This document shows positions 19,049 through 28,483 of a DNA stretch of 64,000 nucleotides, piece by piece. Origin of the DNA: a virus; the IMG/VR virus record IMGVR_UViG_3300045988_106519, positions 1 through 64,000 of that record. One strand, 5' to 3'. A program made the translations under genes and the position numbers. The stretch's first letter is position 1. Each line of letters begins with the position of its first letter. The notes beneath the pieces are model-generated. The model did not search any database, was not told where the DNA came from, and worked only from the letters and a program-made list of their open reading frames with translations.

Positions 19049-20069
19049 TTTTATATCTATAATTAATTACTTTGAGAATGTTCTTCAATATGTCCATAGC
19101 CATAGTATGATGTATGACAGTAACAGGAAAGAACTCATTGGAAGGAGAATCAATAATGGTAGTAAGAATGCGTTTGCCTTTAAAGACAAGTACAAACTTA
19201 CCTTTATAGCGATTTAAGTTTTGTAAATTTATATTGTTTATTGGAACATAAAACTTTTCATCAGAGACAACAAGAGAGGTAAGCAAATTGCTGTTAACAA
19301 GTTTTCGCTTAGTAGATTCAGTAGTGAAAACAGTATTGCAATAGCTGATGAAAGCATTGCTTATATCAATGATGAACTTATAGAAAGGCATGCCACAAAT
19401 AAACTGACCATTACGGAAACTAAGAGAAAGATGCCCATGAGTAAGATAATACTGTATGAACTCCTTTTTCATAAAATCAGTAAAGAAATCGGGGTATAGG
19501 AAACCAGATCCATTGAAAGTATAATAAACATAATTACGAGCTATAGTAGACTTTCCTATGTTCTCCATTCTTCGCCAAGGACCTCCAGAGATAGACTCAA
19601 CAGTGACATACATGGAAAGCTCCTGACAGAAGAGCATCCATTCAGCAATGTCGCAATCAGTCTTAAGAGTGTTGATAGTGTTTCTGATAGGTCCATCACC
19701 AAGGCAAGGACTTTGAAATTGAGTGAAATCATCTTTAGGAATATATTTTACATGACTGTGCATATAGTTACTAAGAAACTGTTCTTGAGAATATGTAGCC
19801 CTGTTGAGCTGAAAGCCAGAGAACTCAAAAGGAATACGACCTTCATTATTGATTTCAATCTTTGCATAAAGGTCTTGAATAGAGACAGACTGGTCATATT
19901 CATTGGTGACAGTGACATGAGGCCACCAAACATAGATGAGATAATAGGAAGAATCAGCTTTAGTCTGAATATCAACATACTGCTCACCAAAGAAATTCTT
20001 GAAGACCTCATATATATCACAAACCTCTTGATGATCAGGATTAAGGATAGGATTTGCTGAATGTTGCAT
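18981..20069 (-). CDS. Candidate E2/UBC-like protein (inference)
   Basis: Start moved to the ATG at 20069 (MQHSANP). Beta-rich YYLIYVWWPHVTVTNE...IPFEFSGFQLN, then YMHSHV, and 14 aa later SPCLGDGPI plus a helix, an HPN...Cys-like layout. Overlaps the JAB gene by 68 nt. Confidence 0.35.
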   Translation of the reverse strand: MQHSANPILNPDHQEVCDIYEVFKNFFGEQYVDIQTKADSSYYLIYVWWPHVTVTNEYDQSVSIQDLYAKIEINNEGRIPFEFSGFQLNRATYSQEQFLSNYMHSHVKYIPKDDFTQFQSPCLGDGPIRNTINTLKTDCDIAEWMLFCQELSMYVTVESISGGPWRRMENIGKSTIARNYVYYTFNGSGFLYPDFFTDFMKKEFIQYYLTHGHLSLSFRNGQFICGMPFYKFIIDISNAFISYCNTVFTTESTKRKLVNSNLLTSLVVSDEKFYVPINNINLQNLNRYKGKFVLVFKGKRILTTIIDSPSNEFFPVTVIHHTMAMDILKNILKVINYRYKNEHNNNNAAPDSSQTCKRTVYI

Positions 20070-20155
20070 ACTAATTATTTTAAAAACAAAAATAAAGGGA
20101 GCAAGGACAAATATCCCTACTCCCAATGACCAAAACGGAAATATAAAGTTATGTT

Positions 20156-20950
20156 TTACAAGTCAAGGTCGTCAATGATGTCATCAATATCATCATCATC
20201 AATAAGGTTGTTGGGTGTTGTAACACACTGAGCTTGATTAAGTGTATCGGCTACAATATCACCCTTAGAAATAATGAGTTTGTGAATATCCTTTTCCAAC
20301 ATATGCAAATCAGGAATAATCAACACACCTTTGGCAACAAGAGTGCTGATATGGGTAAACAAACTGTCGGCAATAGCAAAAGTCTTAGAAGCATTATTCT
20401 CATTAACAACATTGGCTTCATTATCAACATTGTTCTTATTGTCAACATTGCTTATATCAGAAGCATTGCCAGAAGGAACTATAGTTTCTTCTTTAGCATT
20501 AGTTTTAACCCCCTCTGTCTTTGGAGTCTCAGCTTCCTTTTTCTGCTCACACCATTTACCACTATCAATGAACAATTCAAGGTCCTTGTTAGATACTTGA
20601 GTGTAGTTTCTACCAAATTTATTTTTGATAGCTTCCTGTAGATTATTGCGCTTAATAATATCTTTAATCTCCTGGCGACTAAGAGCACCAGAAGCAATAT
20701 TCTTCTTGGTATTGGTGAGAAGAATGACAAGATTGTTGGTAGGTTGGCCCTTGTATATTACATTCTGTGGAAGCTGAGTGTCATCACTAAGAAGCTGCGT
20801 CTTAGAAATGCCTTCAGTAAAGGTCATGTTTTGGAAATCAATACCAGCAGCACGAAGGTCTGCCTTCAATTCTCCAAGAGTTGTAGCACTAGTTGTAATC
20901 TTACTTCTTTTTTGAGTCTTAGTATTTGCGATAAGAATTTCTCTTTCCAT
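20156..20950 (-). CDS. Protein with candidate N-terminal ubiquitin-like beta-grasp and acidic C-terminal tail (inference)
   Basis: The first ~85 aa (EILIANTKT..TLGELKADLRAAGIDFQNMTFTEG..LVILLTNTKKNIASG) read like a beta-grasp pattern. The C-terminus is IDDDDIDDIIDDLDL. Confidence 0.3.
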   Translation of the reverse strand: MEREILIANTKTQKRSKITTSATTLGELKADLRAAGIDFQNMTFTEGISKTQLLSDDTQLPQNVIYKGQPTNNLVILLTNTKKNIASGALSRQEIKDIIKRNNLQEAIKNKFGRNYTQVSNKDLELFIDSGKWCEQKKEAETPKTEGVKTNAKEETIVPSGNASDISNVDNKNNVDNEANVVNENNASKTFAIADSLFTHISTLVAKGVLIIPDLHMLEKDIHKLIISKGDIVADTLNQAQCVTTPNNLIDDDDIDDIIDDLDL

Positions 20951-20962
20951 AATATATTTTTT

Positions 20963-21967
20963 TTAATTGAATAAATTTTTTAATTGTTTAAATTGTGTTT
21001 TATCCTGCAAAGATTTGAAGTAATCGCTATAATCTTTACAAGAACCAAGATTGGGTATGATATTAACAAAACCAGTGCGTTTTGCTAATTTTTTTCCATC
21101 AATTAATCCAGCTTTATCAGTGTCGAAGGAGATAAAAACCTTCTTATATCTTCTTTTTAATTCATTGACAGCAGTGTCGGACATATCATAGCCTTCGCCT
21201 TGAAGACATAAAGCAGGAATGTGAAGCTGACAAGATATGCACAAAGCATCCTTTAAAGAAGAACAGATGATAACCTTATCACCATAAGTAGGAATCTTAG
21301 TCCAAAGACCTATGACAGAAGCATCCATCTTAGATGACCATTTGAATCCTTTAGTATTATAAGGTTGGTAGATTTTCATCTGTATATTACCTTCTTTTCG
21401 CTCAATGAAACTATAGGCATACTTGTCAGCAGGAAATATATACTGTCTTCCTTTGTCAGAGGGAGAGCTTTTCTTGTTAATAATCTTATAGGAGATAGGA
21501 TAAATCTCAGCATAATGAAGCCACTTTTTAGAGACCCCATAAGACTCCCAATAAGCATAATCATAATCACGCCAAGGACGTACTTTGACTTGAATAGAAG
21601 TAAGAGAACTTGCTTCTTTTCTTGTAAAAGTGCGGATTTGCTTAGGCTTGATGGTGACATCACTCTTTAGAATCATGAGATTACAGATTTTTTCAAGTGC
21701 TTGATTGAAAGTACACTTCCAATAAGCACACAGAAGGTCAAGTAATCCACCATGAACAGAAGAGTCGGCATGGTCTTTATACCTAATGTGACCACCATTA
21801 TCCATATAAATACTAAATGAAGGATGAAGGTCGTCCCTAAGAGGAGATGAAATTCTACAAGGAATAGAAGTGATTTCAGGAAATACAGTAGATAGAACCT
21901 GTGTTTCACTAACCTTATTAAAGATTTCAGTTTTAGATATGCTGGAGGAAGTTTTACCTATCACCAT
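20963..21967 (-). CDS. DnaG-like primase (zinc-binding region plus Toprim)
   Basis: Toprim signature CLQGEGYD ... ISFDTDKAG; N-terminal Cys/His-rich region. Start moved to the ATG at 21967 (MVIGK). Confidence 0.6.
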   Translation of the reverse strand: MVIGKTSSSISKTEIFNKVSETQVLSTVFPEITSIPCRISSPLRDDLHPSFSIYMDNGGHIRYKDHADSSVHGGLLDLLCAYWKCTFNQALEKICNLMILKSDVTIKPKQIRTFTRKEASSLTSIQVKVRPWRDYDYAYWESYGVSKKWLHYAEIYPISYKIINKKSSPSDKGRQYIFPADKYAYSFIERKEGNIQMKIYQPYNTKGFKWSSKMDASVIGLWTKIPTYGDKVIICSSLKDALCISCQLHIPALCLQGEGYDMSDTAVNELKRRYKKVFISFDTDKAGLIDGKKLAKRTGFVNIIPNLGSCKDYSDYFKSLQDKTQFKQLKNLFN

Positions 21968-21998
21968 AAGATTATTAATGTAAAGCAGTTTTAGAATA

Positions 21999-22931
21999 TT
22001 AGTAGTTCCAAGGCATGTCGCCCATAGAAGCCTCAGACCCCTGACCATCAGTAGAAGTAGTAGGAGCAGTAGAGAGGTCGGTAGGCTCTACAGAATATTC
22101 TGCAAGGGGTTGCACACGGAAATCAGTAGAAGCATAAGAACCTGCATTCTTAGCATTGATAAGGTCTTTCTCAAGCTTGTCAAGAGCCTTAGAACCAGCA
22201 CTATTGAGAAGAATCATACCATTGCGTGTAGCAACAGTCTGATACTGCTTACCATCATCCTTAGTACGTACACCATAAAGAAGCTTAACCTTATTGTTAG
22301 GCTGAAGAGCAATGGCATCCTTGATTTCAGAGAAATTGCCAGAGAAATAATCCTTAATATGCTCAAGACCAAAGAGGAAGTCATCAGCATTGTCCTTCTT
22401 TACCCAAGAATCATTGACATAGTTGAAGGCATCGCCTACATTGAGGTAAGCCTTAAGGAAGCCAATAAGGTCAGCCTCGCCAACACAAGCCATGCGATAA
22501 GAAGAATCAATCTTAAGTTCCTTGCCAGTAGTAGAGAAAAGCTTCTTGCCAGCCTTGGCATCCTCAATGTTAGCCCAAGTAGTGTTGCCATACTTGTCAA
22601 TGACTTGTACCTTAGACTGGTCTTTGTTATAAGCAGGAGCATTGCTAAGAGTAAACATTACACGATTGGTAATTTCAATACCATTACAGATGTTAGGGTC
22701 GGTTTTAACTATAAATGTAATACGAGCCTCCTTACCCTTGTCAGTATCAACTACATATTCAGGGTCATTAGCCATTTCATGGCCATAGATTTCCTCAAGC
22801 TCCTTTTTTGTAGGATTGACTGCAACTACATAAGAAGAGCCTACACCAACATACTTCTTGAACTCCTGAGTTTCAGTAGATTCCTGTGTCTTGCCAATAG
22901 CAAGAAAAACATAACTGTTATTAATTTCCAT
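21999..22931 (-). CDS. hypothetical protein, possible ssDNA-binding protein
   Basis: 310 aa. Called from position between the primase and recombination ATPase genes and a beta-rich sequence. No diagnostic motif. Confidence 0.3.
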   Translation of the reverse strand: MEINNSYVFLAIGKTQESTETQEFKKYVGVGSSYVVAVNPTKKELEEIYGHEMANDPEYVVDTDKGKEARITFIVKTDPNICNGIEITNRVMFTLSNAPAYNKDQSKVQVIDKYGNTTWANIEDAKAGKKLFSTTGKELKIDSSYRMACVGEADLIGFLKAYLNVGDAFNYVNDSWVKKDNADDFLFGLEHIKDYFSGNFSEIKDAIALQPNNKVKLLYGVRTKDDGKQYQTVATRNGMILLNSAGSKALDKLEKDLINAKNAGSYASTDFRVQPLAEYSVEPTDLSTAPTTSTDGQGSEASMGDMPWNY

Positions 22932-23008
22932 AATTGTTTTGTATTTAAATATTTATATTTATTTGTTATTTATTGAACTTTCGCAAGTTTAGAAAACTTA
23001 GTAGTTAA

Positions 23009-23033
23009 AGGAGTTAAGTATTCCTTAACTCCT
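23009..23033 (-). terminator. 10-bp perfect hairpin downstream of 23080-23547
   Basis: AGGAGTTAAG-TATTC-CTTAACTCCT. The trailing T-run is weak. Confidence 0.3.
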
Positions 23034-23079
23034 TAATAACTTTTGCTTGTGAAAATTAAATTGTTTGTTAAAAATATTA

Positions 23080-23547
23080 TTACTCGAATACTGGGGTGTC
23101 AACAGGCATTGTATCTTCTACTGTGCTTTCAGTCTGAGGAGTGTTAGGTGTTTCATCAACATAAACAGATGATTTTGACTCATCTACAATATCCTGAGAC
23201 TCAGTCACAGCCTCCTTAGGCTCATCATTAACAGAGATGATGTACTGCTTATGTTTCTCATCATAAGAAACAATGTCAGTAGGGAGATACTTAGTAGTCT
23301 TCTTAGGCAAGCCATTAACATCAATGCCAGGTTCAATGACCTTCTTGACAAGCTTGTCTACAGGGAAACCAATGACAGAGATAATACCAGCCTCAAGAGA
23401 ACTAATCTGAGTGTTGCAATCCTCATACTCCTTTGTAAGTTTATCAAGCTTCTCCTTAAGCTTAATACGCTTAGAGAGGAGGGGATCACAAGCCTTGGCT
23501 ACACACTTAACTGACTGAAACTGACTGTAAGAAATTCTTTTTTCCAT
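23080..23547 (-). CDS. hypothetical protein (155 aa)
   Basis: ORF track. Confidence 0.5.
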   Translation of the reverse strand: MEKRISYSQFQSVKCVAKACDPLLSKRIKLKEKLDKLTKEYEDCNTQISSLEAGIISVIGFPVDKLVKKVIEPGIDVNGLPKKTTKYLPTDIVSYDEKHKQYIISVNDEPKEAVTESQDIVDESKSSVYVDETPNTPQTESTVEDTMPVDTPVFE

Positions 23548-23593
23548 TGTTTTTTAAAATTTAAATTGTTATTTGTGAATTGAATGTTTTTAT

Positions 23594-24412
23594 TTATTTT
23601 TCTGTGTCGAGGAAAATCTGACTCATATCAACTTTGATATTACCTTTATCATCAGACTCTGCAACTTGAAAGACTTTTTCTCTAAGATGTAGAGGACGAG
23701 AACCACGAATGGCATTATCACCTCCAACAAAAGAAATAAGAGTCTTGTTGGCTTGACGAGAGATATAGCCAATGGCATCAGCTTCACCACAGATAATATC
23801 ACCAGTTTTTCCTGCAATGTCTACAGCCATCTCTGTAGTCTCCTCATCATTCTTTCGGATTTGCTTGTCCTTGACATGACATACAAGAATGAGAGTGTCA
23901 CAAAGAGGTTTGAACATATTAACCATTTCCTTAATGGCATTGCGCATGTAAAGATAGCCAGCACCATTAGGCAATTGACGGACATCAGCCTTAGGGTCAA
24001 TAATCTTATCATTATTAGCATCCTTCAAAACGTTGCCAATTTTATCCTTCTTATAGCCAAAATTGGCACCCATCTGAGTTCTACGATAAAGGACTGCTGC
24101 ATAGAAGACAGCCATTTCCTCCAATCGAGAAGCATTGTCAATAGTGATGAAGCGATAGAAAGGCTTGTCGCCATTCTCATGATTCTTCTGTGCAATAAGA
24201 TTGCGGATTTCAAAGATGTCATTGGCATTTCTTGCCTGTACAGCCATGACATCAAGAGCACGGTAGCCATCCTCAAGGTCAATGATAAGATTGTTGTCAA
24301 GACTTGCCATTAATGTGCTCTTGCCACATTTAGGCTTGCCAAACAAGACCATCAACCGAGGGTTGTAGTCAGTGGCTTTCCTACGCTGAGTAGGTAAAAC
24401 GATGTTACTCAT
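23594..24412 (-). CDS. RecA-fold AAA ATPase (AAA_24/Sak4-like)
   Basis: Walker A MVLFGKPKCGKSTL at the N-terminus; hydrophobic strand plus acidic Walker B candidate (NLIIDLED). Confidence 0.65.
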   Translation of the reverse strand: MSNIVLPTQRRKATDYNPRLMVLFGKPKCGKSTLMASLDNNLIIDLEDGYRALDVMAVQARNANDIFEIRNLIAQKNHENGDKPFYRFITIDNASRLEEMAVFYAAVLYRRTQMGANFGYKKDKIGNVLKDANNDKIIDPKADVRQLPNGAGYLYMRNAIKEMVNMFKPLCDTLILVCHVKDKQIRKNDEETTEMAVDIAGKTGDIICGEADAIGYISRQANKTLISFVGGDNAIRGSRPLHLREKVFQVAESDDKGNIKVDMSQIFLDTEK

Positions 24413-24454
24413 TTTAAATGTTTTGTTTTAAATTGAAAAATTGTTATTGAATTG

Positions 24455-24462
24455 CAAATGTA
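24455..24462 (-). promoter_or_regulatory. -7 box TACATTTG upstream of the ATPase gene
   Basis: Minus strand reads GTCTAAGTACATTTGCAATTC about 45 nt upstream of the ATG at 24412, just after a small hairpin. Confidence 0.3.
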
Positions 24463-24520
24463 CTTAGACAAAGAAGTCTAAGCAAGATGCTATAAAATGT
24501 ACTATGAAAAATGAAGAGAA

Positions 24521-24793
24521 TCATTTAGGCATACTCTCTTGATTTCTTTGAATAAGCTGATAGACTTTGTTAAGTTCAGAAAGATTGTCATATCTAGGAA
24601 GAGGTGCATAGAAACCTGTAGCACCATCAAAGTATAAACCAAGAATAGCATTGCTCTCACCATCTCTACCTAAGACGACCTCAAGAAATCTTGCACAACT
24701 TTTTAGTTTAGTAATGTCGTATTTTCGATATTCCTTAAGTTCAAAAGCAAAAGGTGAAGTAATGCCAAGCATGACATCACAATCTTTACCAGG
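24521..24793 (-). CDS. DnaB-like replicative helicase, exon 2
   Basis: PGKDCDVMLGI...VVLGRDGESNAILGLYFDGATGFY is the C-terminal DnaB-type region. It joins in frame to exon 1 and rebuilds LADSQD|PGKDCDVML, which aligns with the DnaB LRDSGSIEQDADVVM motif. Confidence 0.7.
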   Translation of the reverse strand, partial: PGKDCDVMLGITSPFAFELKEYRKYDITKLKSCARFLEVVLGRDGESNAILGLYFDGATGFYAPLPRYDNLSELNKVYQLIQRNQESMPK

Positions 24794-26356
24794 CATTTGT
24801 TATCATGGAAGTTCTTTATCTTCCATTTCTATAGTTTATGTATTATACTATAGTTCAGACTATCTCTTTATAGACCACTAAATGTTGGTACATATAGGTC
24901 TATATCCTGCACTCTTGGTGATTCATCCTCTTCAACACCACTTGGTAAGAGGGTATTCACTAGTCGTTGTTCCTCCATAATATTTCTACTATGCTTGGAT
25001 AAGGGTTACCATATAATAACTATGGTTTTCCCAGATTCACAGGATTTATTCAGGACCTCTGGTAAAATACATATATTATCTTATCTTATACTTAGTACAT
25101 TCACACATATAAGGTTCTATATTAGATTTCATGTGACGAAAACTTTTAGCTTTAATATATAGAGTATGGTTTTTGCATATAGTTGTTTCGATATTAAACT
25201 TCTCTAATAAGAAGATTTGAAACTTTTGAAGATCTTCTATACTAAAACAATTAGTTGCAAGTTGACCTCCACAATTAGCTTTACTACCATCATCCATAAA
25301 CATATAAGCCAATGATTGCCAAGTAAAATTATTAAAAAGTTCAATAGGAATCCTTTTTACTCTATTCACATAGAATTGATTATATATCTCATTAAATGCA
25401 GGATTGGCAGGAAAATCTACCCAATAGGACTTATATTTCTTTCCAGTCCTAACATCTAACTTTGATATGGAAACATAAGTATGAGGATTGAGATTAGATA
25501 ACTTATCAGCAATATAATAGGAATATTCTTTTTGTTTTTCACCATGTGCTGTAGACAATCTTGCATTTTTATTTTTGCATTCCATGCTTCCATCACCCAT
25601 CATGATTCCTAATATTATTTCTAAGTTATCTTGTGTAAGAGGGTTAAGTTCATTCTCCCTAAAACTCTTTCTGAAGTAGCCATGTTTCACTCTGTGACTG
25701 TAGATACCATCAGAAGACATATCAAGAGCTTCACCTATTTCTCTATCTCCAAGACCTTGATTAAAAAGTTCTTCAAACTTTTCATTATCAATTTTAGAGA
25801 CTTTGTCATAAGTAAATTGAGACTTGACACCCTTATTCTTTCTATGAAACATGATATTGCCTGCTGTTACACCAAATAACTCTGCAATCTCTGTATCCAT
25901 ATATCCTTCTTGAGCTAATGACATTGCTTTGTCTATATCTTCTTTAGACATTTTTGCATCATAAGCTCCCTTTATATTATTTTCCTTTTTGAATTTTGTT
26001 AATGTTGCAACAGATACATTAAGAAGTCTACTTATTTCAATACTTGATTTTCCTCCATCCAGCATTTGTTTTATTAATGCTGGATTTCTGTTAACTTCTG
26101 ATTGCCAAAAGTTAACAGGAAGTCCAAGTTTATGTCTTCTTCTTTCTATTGTTTTTCTGCTACAACCTAATTCTTTGGCTATTTTACTATCACTTAATCC
26201 TTGATTATAAAGGATTTGAAATCTATCCATATCAATACATACACTTTTACCCATATCTTTATTTTTTATTACAAAGGTATAAGGCACTTTTGGTATATGT
26301 TTTTGTGTAAAATTGGTTCTAAGTTAATCTAATAAATGTATTTATTTTTATGTTTA
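24794..26356 (-). mobile_element. Group I intron interrupting the helicase gene
   Basis: Exon 1 ends ...CAG GAT (a U before the 5' splice site). The intron ends ...ACAAATG (terminal G) before CCT GGT. The core 3' of the endonuclease ORF carries R-like AACAACGACTAGTG (24958-24971) and S-like AAGAGATAGTCTGAAC (24853-24868) elements. Confidence 0.7.
25076..26287 (-). CDS. Intron-encoded LAGLIDADG homing endonuclease with four N-terminal HTH repeats
   Basis: Two LAGLIDADG motifs (LEIILGIMMGDGSM and LAYMFMDDGSK). Four repeats of the type LYNQGLSDSKIAKELGCSRKTIERRRHKLG. Confidence 0.8.
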   Translation of the reverse strand: MPYTFVIKNKDMGKSVCIDMDRFQILYNQGLSDSKIAKELGCSRKTIERRRHKLGLPVNFWQSEVNRNPALIKQMLDGGKSSIEISRLLNVSVATLTKFKKENNIKGAYDAKMSKEDIDKAMSLAQEGYMDTEIAELFGVTAGNIMFHRKNKGVKSQFTYDKVSKIDNEKFEELFNQGLGDREIGEALDMSSDGIYSHRVKHGYFRKSFRENELNPLTQDNLEIILGIMMGDGSMECKNKNARLSTAHGEKQKEYSYYIADKLSNLNPHTYVSISKLDVRTGKKYKSYWVDFPANPAFNEIYNQFYVNRVKRIPIELFNNFTWQSLAYMFMDDGSKANCGGQLATNCFSIEDLQKFQIFLLEKFNIETTICKNHTLYIKAKSFRHMKSNIEPYMCECTKYKIR

Positions 26357-27181
26357 ATCCTGACTATCAGCCAAACCTTTTTGTGTAGGTCTAATCTTAT
26401 TAGCTTTGAATGCTTCAAGAGAGAGAGTCTCAGAATTTTGCTGTTGTACAACTACTGGAATGTAATTATACTTATTACGAACTATCTTAAAATACTCAGA
26501 GAGCTTTTTGATAGAAGTACGTAAATCCATACCACGTTCAGTAGATATAAGACCTATGTGGTCTATTATACAAAGAACATATTCATCAGGGTCGTTAGGT
26601 TCATAATAATCAAATATCTCCTTGTCATAACCCTTGACCTTCTTTTTATGAATAGTACCATGCTCTTCAGCATACTTATCAAGAACATGGTAGATACCAG
26701 TAGGATTTCTATCTGGAATCCATATAACATGCTCTTCAAAGAAATGAAGTATAGACTGATACTTTAAAGTGTTAAGAAGATCAAGAATGTCTTGTGAAAG
26801 AAGTCTGTTAGAATCAACAGATTTGAATGTTTTGATGTCAATCCTAATCTTACCTTCAGACAATTTATAAAGAAGATAACATATGAATTTGCCAGTGATG
26901 TTCTCAGCTTTCTCCTCAAGAAGGGCGTAGAATATCTTAAGTCTAACAAGCTCGGGATGCTCATAAGCATAGAGAACAGTGTTGAAGAGAAAGAGAAAAT
27001 TGGCAATCTTGGACTTAGAAGCCTTAGCTCCTCCAGAAATAAGGTAATAAGTACCTAATTCAACACCAGGATAATCATAGCGAAATACTTGGAAAGGAGA
27101 AGGAATGCAATTGACTTTACCACTAAGAATACGTTGTCTTCGTTCTTCAGCATCTTGTAATACTCGTTGAATAAGACCCAT
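26357..27181 (-). CDS. DnaB-like replicative helicase, exon 1
   Basis: IPSPFQVFRYDYPGVELGTYYLISGGAKASKSK (P-loop variant), CIIDHIGLI (Walker B-like), VVVQQQN. Confidence 0.75.
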
Positions 27182-27183
27182 AC

Positions 27184-27816
27184 TTAATTTCTGCTACTCA
27201 TTAACCAATCATCACCATCAACAATATCTTGAGGCTTATCTTCAGTTTTGTTTTCAAGGAAAGTAGCCAAGTCAGAGAGTTGTTCAACATGTATCTCATC
27301 ATTATCAGTAAGTCGTCTGTCATCCTTGATGATAAAATACTTGGCAAGACGCATGCCTATATAGCCTTTAGGAGCATAAGTATCGACATATCTTTTAGTG
27401 GCATCAATAATGTCATCATCAGATACATCTCCATAGACTGTGAGAAACTTCTTGAGTCTGTTCTTGATTTCAGTTTTATTACATCTGAAATAGAATGGAG
27501 ACTCTCGACCATTAGCATACATCATTTTCTGTTTAGGGAAACACTCTTGTACCTTTAAGGCAAGAACTTCAAGTCGTTGTTCATCAGAAGAAAGAATGCT
27601 ATCAACCTTACTCTTCCATTTAGAAGTAATGTCAGGAGAACCTTGCTTGAAAAGGTCTAATGTAAGAATACCACGATTGACCATATTAGTAGCAGTCTCT
27701 TTGTACTTGCCCATGCTTATAGCAAGAGCAATAAGTGTCTCCTGTAATGTGAGACCAAGTTTGAGGCACTTAGCCTCGTCAATTTCAATTTTCTTCATGT
27801 TGTCTGTTGTTTTCAA
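27184..27816 (-). CDS. hypothetical protein (210 aa), replication-module
   Basis: ORF track; lies directly upstream of the helicase. Confidence 0.5.
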   Translation of the reverse strand: MKTTDNMKKIEIDEAKCLKLGLTLQETLIALAISMGKYKETATNMVNRGILTLDLFKQGSPDITSKWKSKVDSILSSDEQRLEVLALKVQECFPKQKMMYANGRESPFYFRCNKTEIKNRLKKFLTVYGDVSDDDIIDATKRYVDTYAPKGYIGMRLAKYFIIKDDRRLTDNDEIHVEQLSDLATFLENKTEDKPQDIVDGDDWLMSSRN

Positions 27817-28339
27817 TAATTGTCATGAACATAGATTCCATGTCATTATTTTTGCTTGTTTTAAGAATGAAATATTTGAGAAGCTGCATGTGACTTTTAT
27901 CATCAGAGAAGGACTTTACGTACTCTTCTGTTGCTCTTAGAGCTTCCTGTTCAGTAAATGAAAAGTTGTATTCAACTACAAGTGTATGTAGTTTGTGTGC
28001 AATGAGAGAAGTCATGTCAGTCCAAGAATAAGAAGTGCCTGACTTGTTGCCTTTAGGATAAAGGGCTTGTAACTTTTCAGCCAATGCTATATAATCAATA
28101 TTACTATTTGTTATCTTATCATCAGATGATACAAGAATACTTGTTACTAAATCTTTAGTATTGTTGGAAAGAACAATCTCATTAGGATTGAATACATTGG
28201 TACTGACAAGCTTGTTTGTTATTAATCTATCAAGACTTTCCTTGTAATTAACACTATAATATCCTATGAGCAATACAAGGAACTCGCCCATAGTAAGATG
28301 CTCATGTTGGAGCACATCTGTATTTACTGTAAATTTCAT
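27785..28339 (-). CDS. hypothetical protein (184 aa), replication-module
   Basis: ORF track. Confidence 0.5.
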   Translation of the reverse strand: MKFTVNTDVLQHEHLTMGEFLVLLIGYYSVNYKESLDRLITNKLVSTNVFNPNEIVLSNNTKDLVTSILVSSDDKITNSNIDYIALAEKLQALYPKGNKSGTSYSWTDMTSLIAHKLHTLVVEYNFSFTEQEALRATEEYVKSFSDDKSHMQLLKYFILKTSKNNDMESMFMTIIENNRQHEEN

Positions 28340-28368
28340 AAATCATATTTGTTTAAACCTTTATAAAC

Positions 28369-28403
28369 GCAAAAAGCACAACCCCTTGAGGAGGAGCTGT
28401 GCT
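28369..28403 (-). terminator. Hairpin plus T-run
   Basis: Minus strand reads AGCACAGCTCCTCCTCAAGGGGTTGTGCTTTTTGCG. AGCACA/TGTGCT form the outer stem, followed by TTTTT. Confidence 0.45.
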
Positions 28404-28416
28404 GATTATTGTAAGC

Positions 28417-28483
28417 CTATCTAAGCCTTATTGAGCCTATCTAAGTTTATAAGCCTTTCTATGCCTTAATAAGTCTATCTAAG
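28417..28483. repeat. Three copies of CTATCTAAG (minus: CTTAGATAG) in one intergenic region
   Basis: Copies at 28417-28425, 28437-28445 and 28475-28483. The first two extend to AGCCTATCTAAG. Confidence 0.5.

Noticed and set aside
22110-22976. 288-aa plus-strand ORF, along with similar antisense ORFs at 7381-7902, 12541-13017, 23753-24313, 17819-18322 and 62642-63206.
   Set aside because: They lie antisense to, or out of frame within, motif-supported genes. They have low-complexity Leu/Ile/Ser-rich composition, typical of shadow ORFs in AT-rich DNA.
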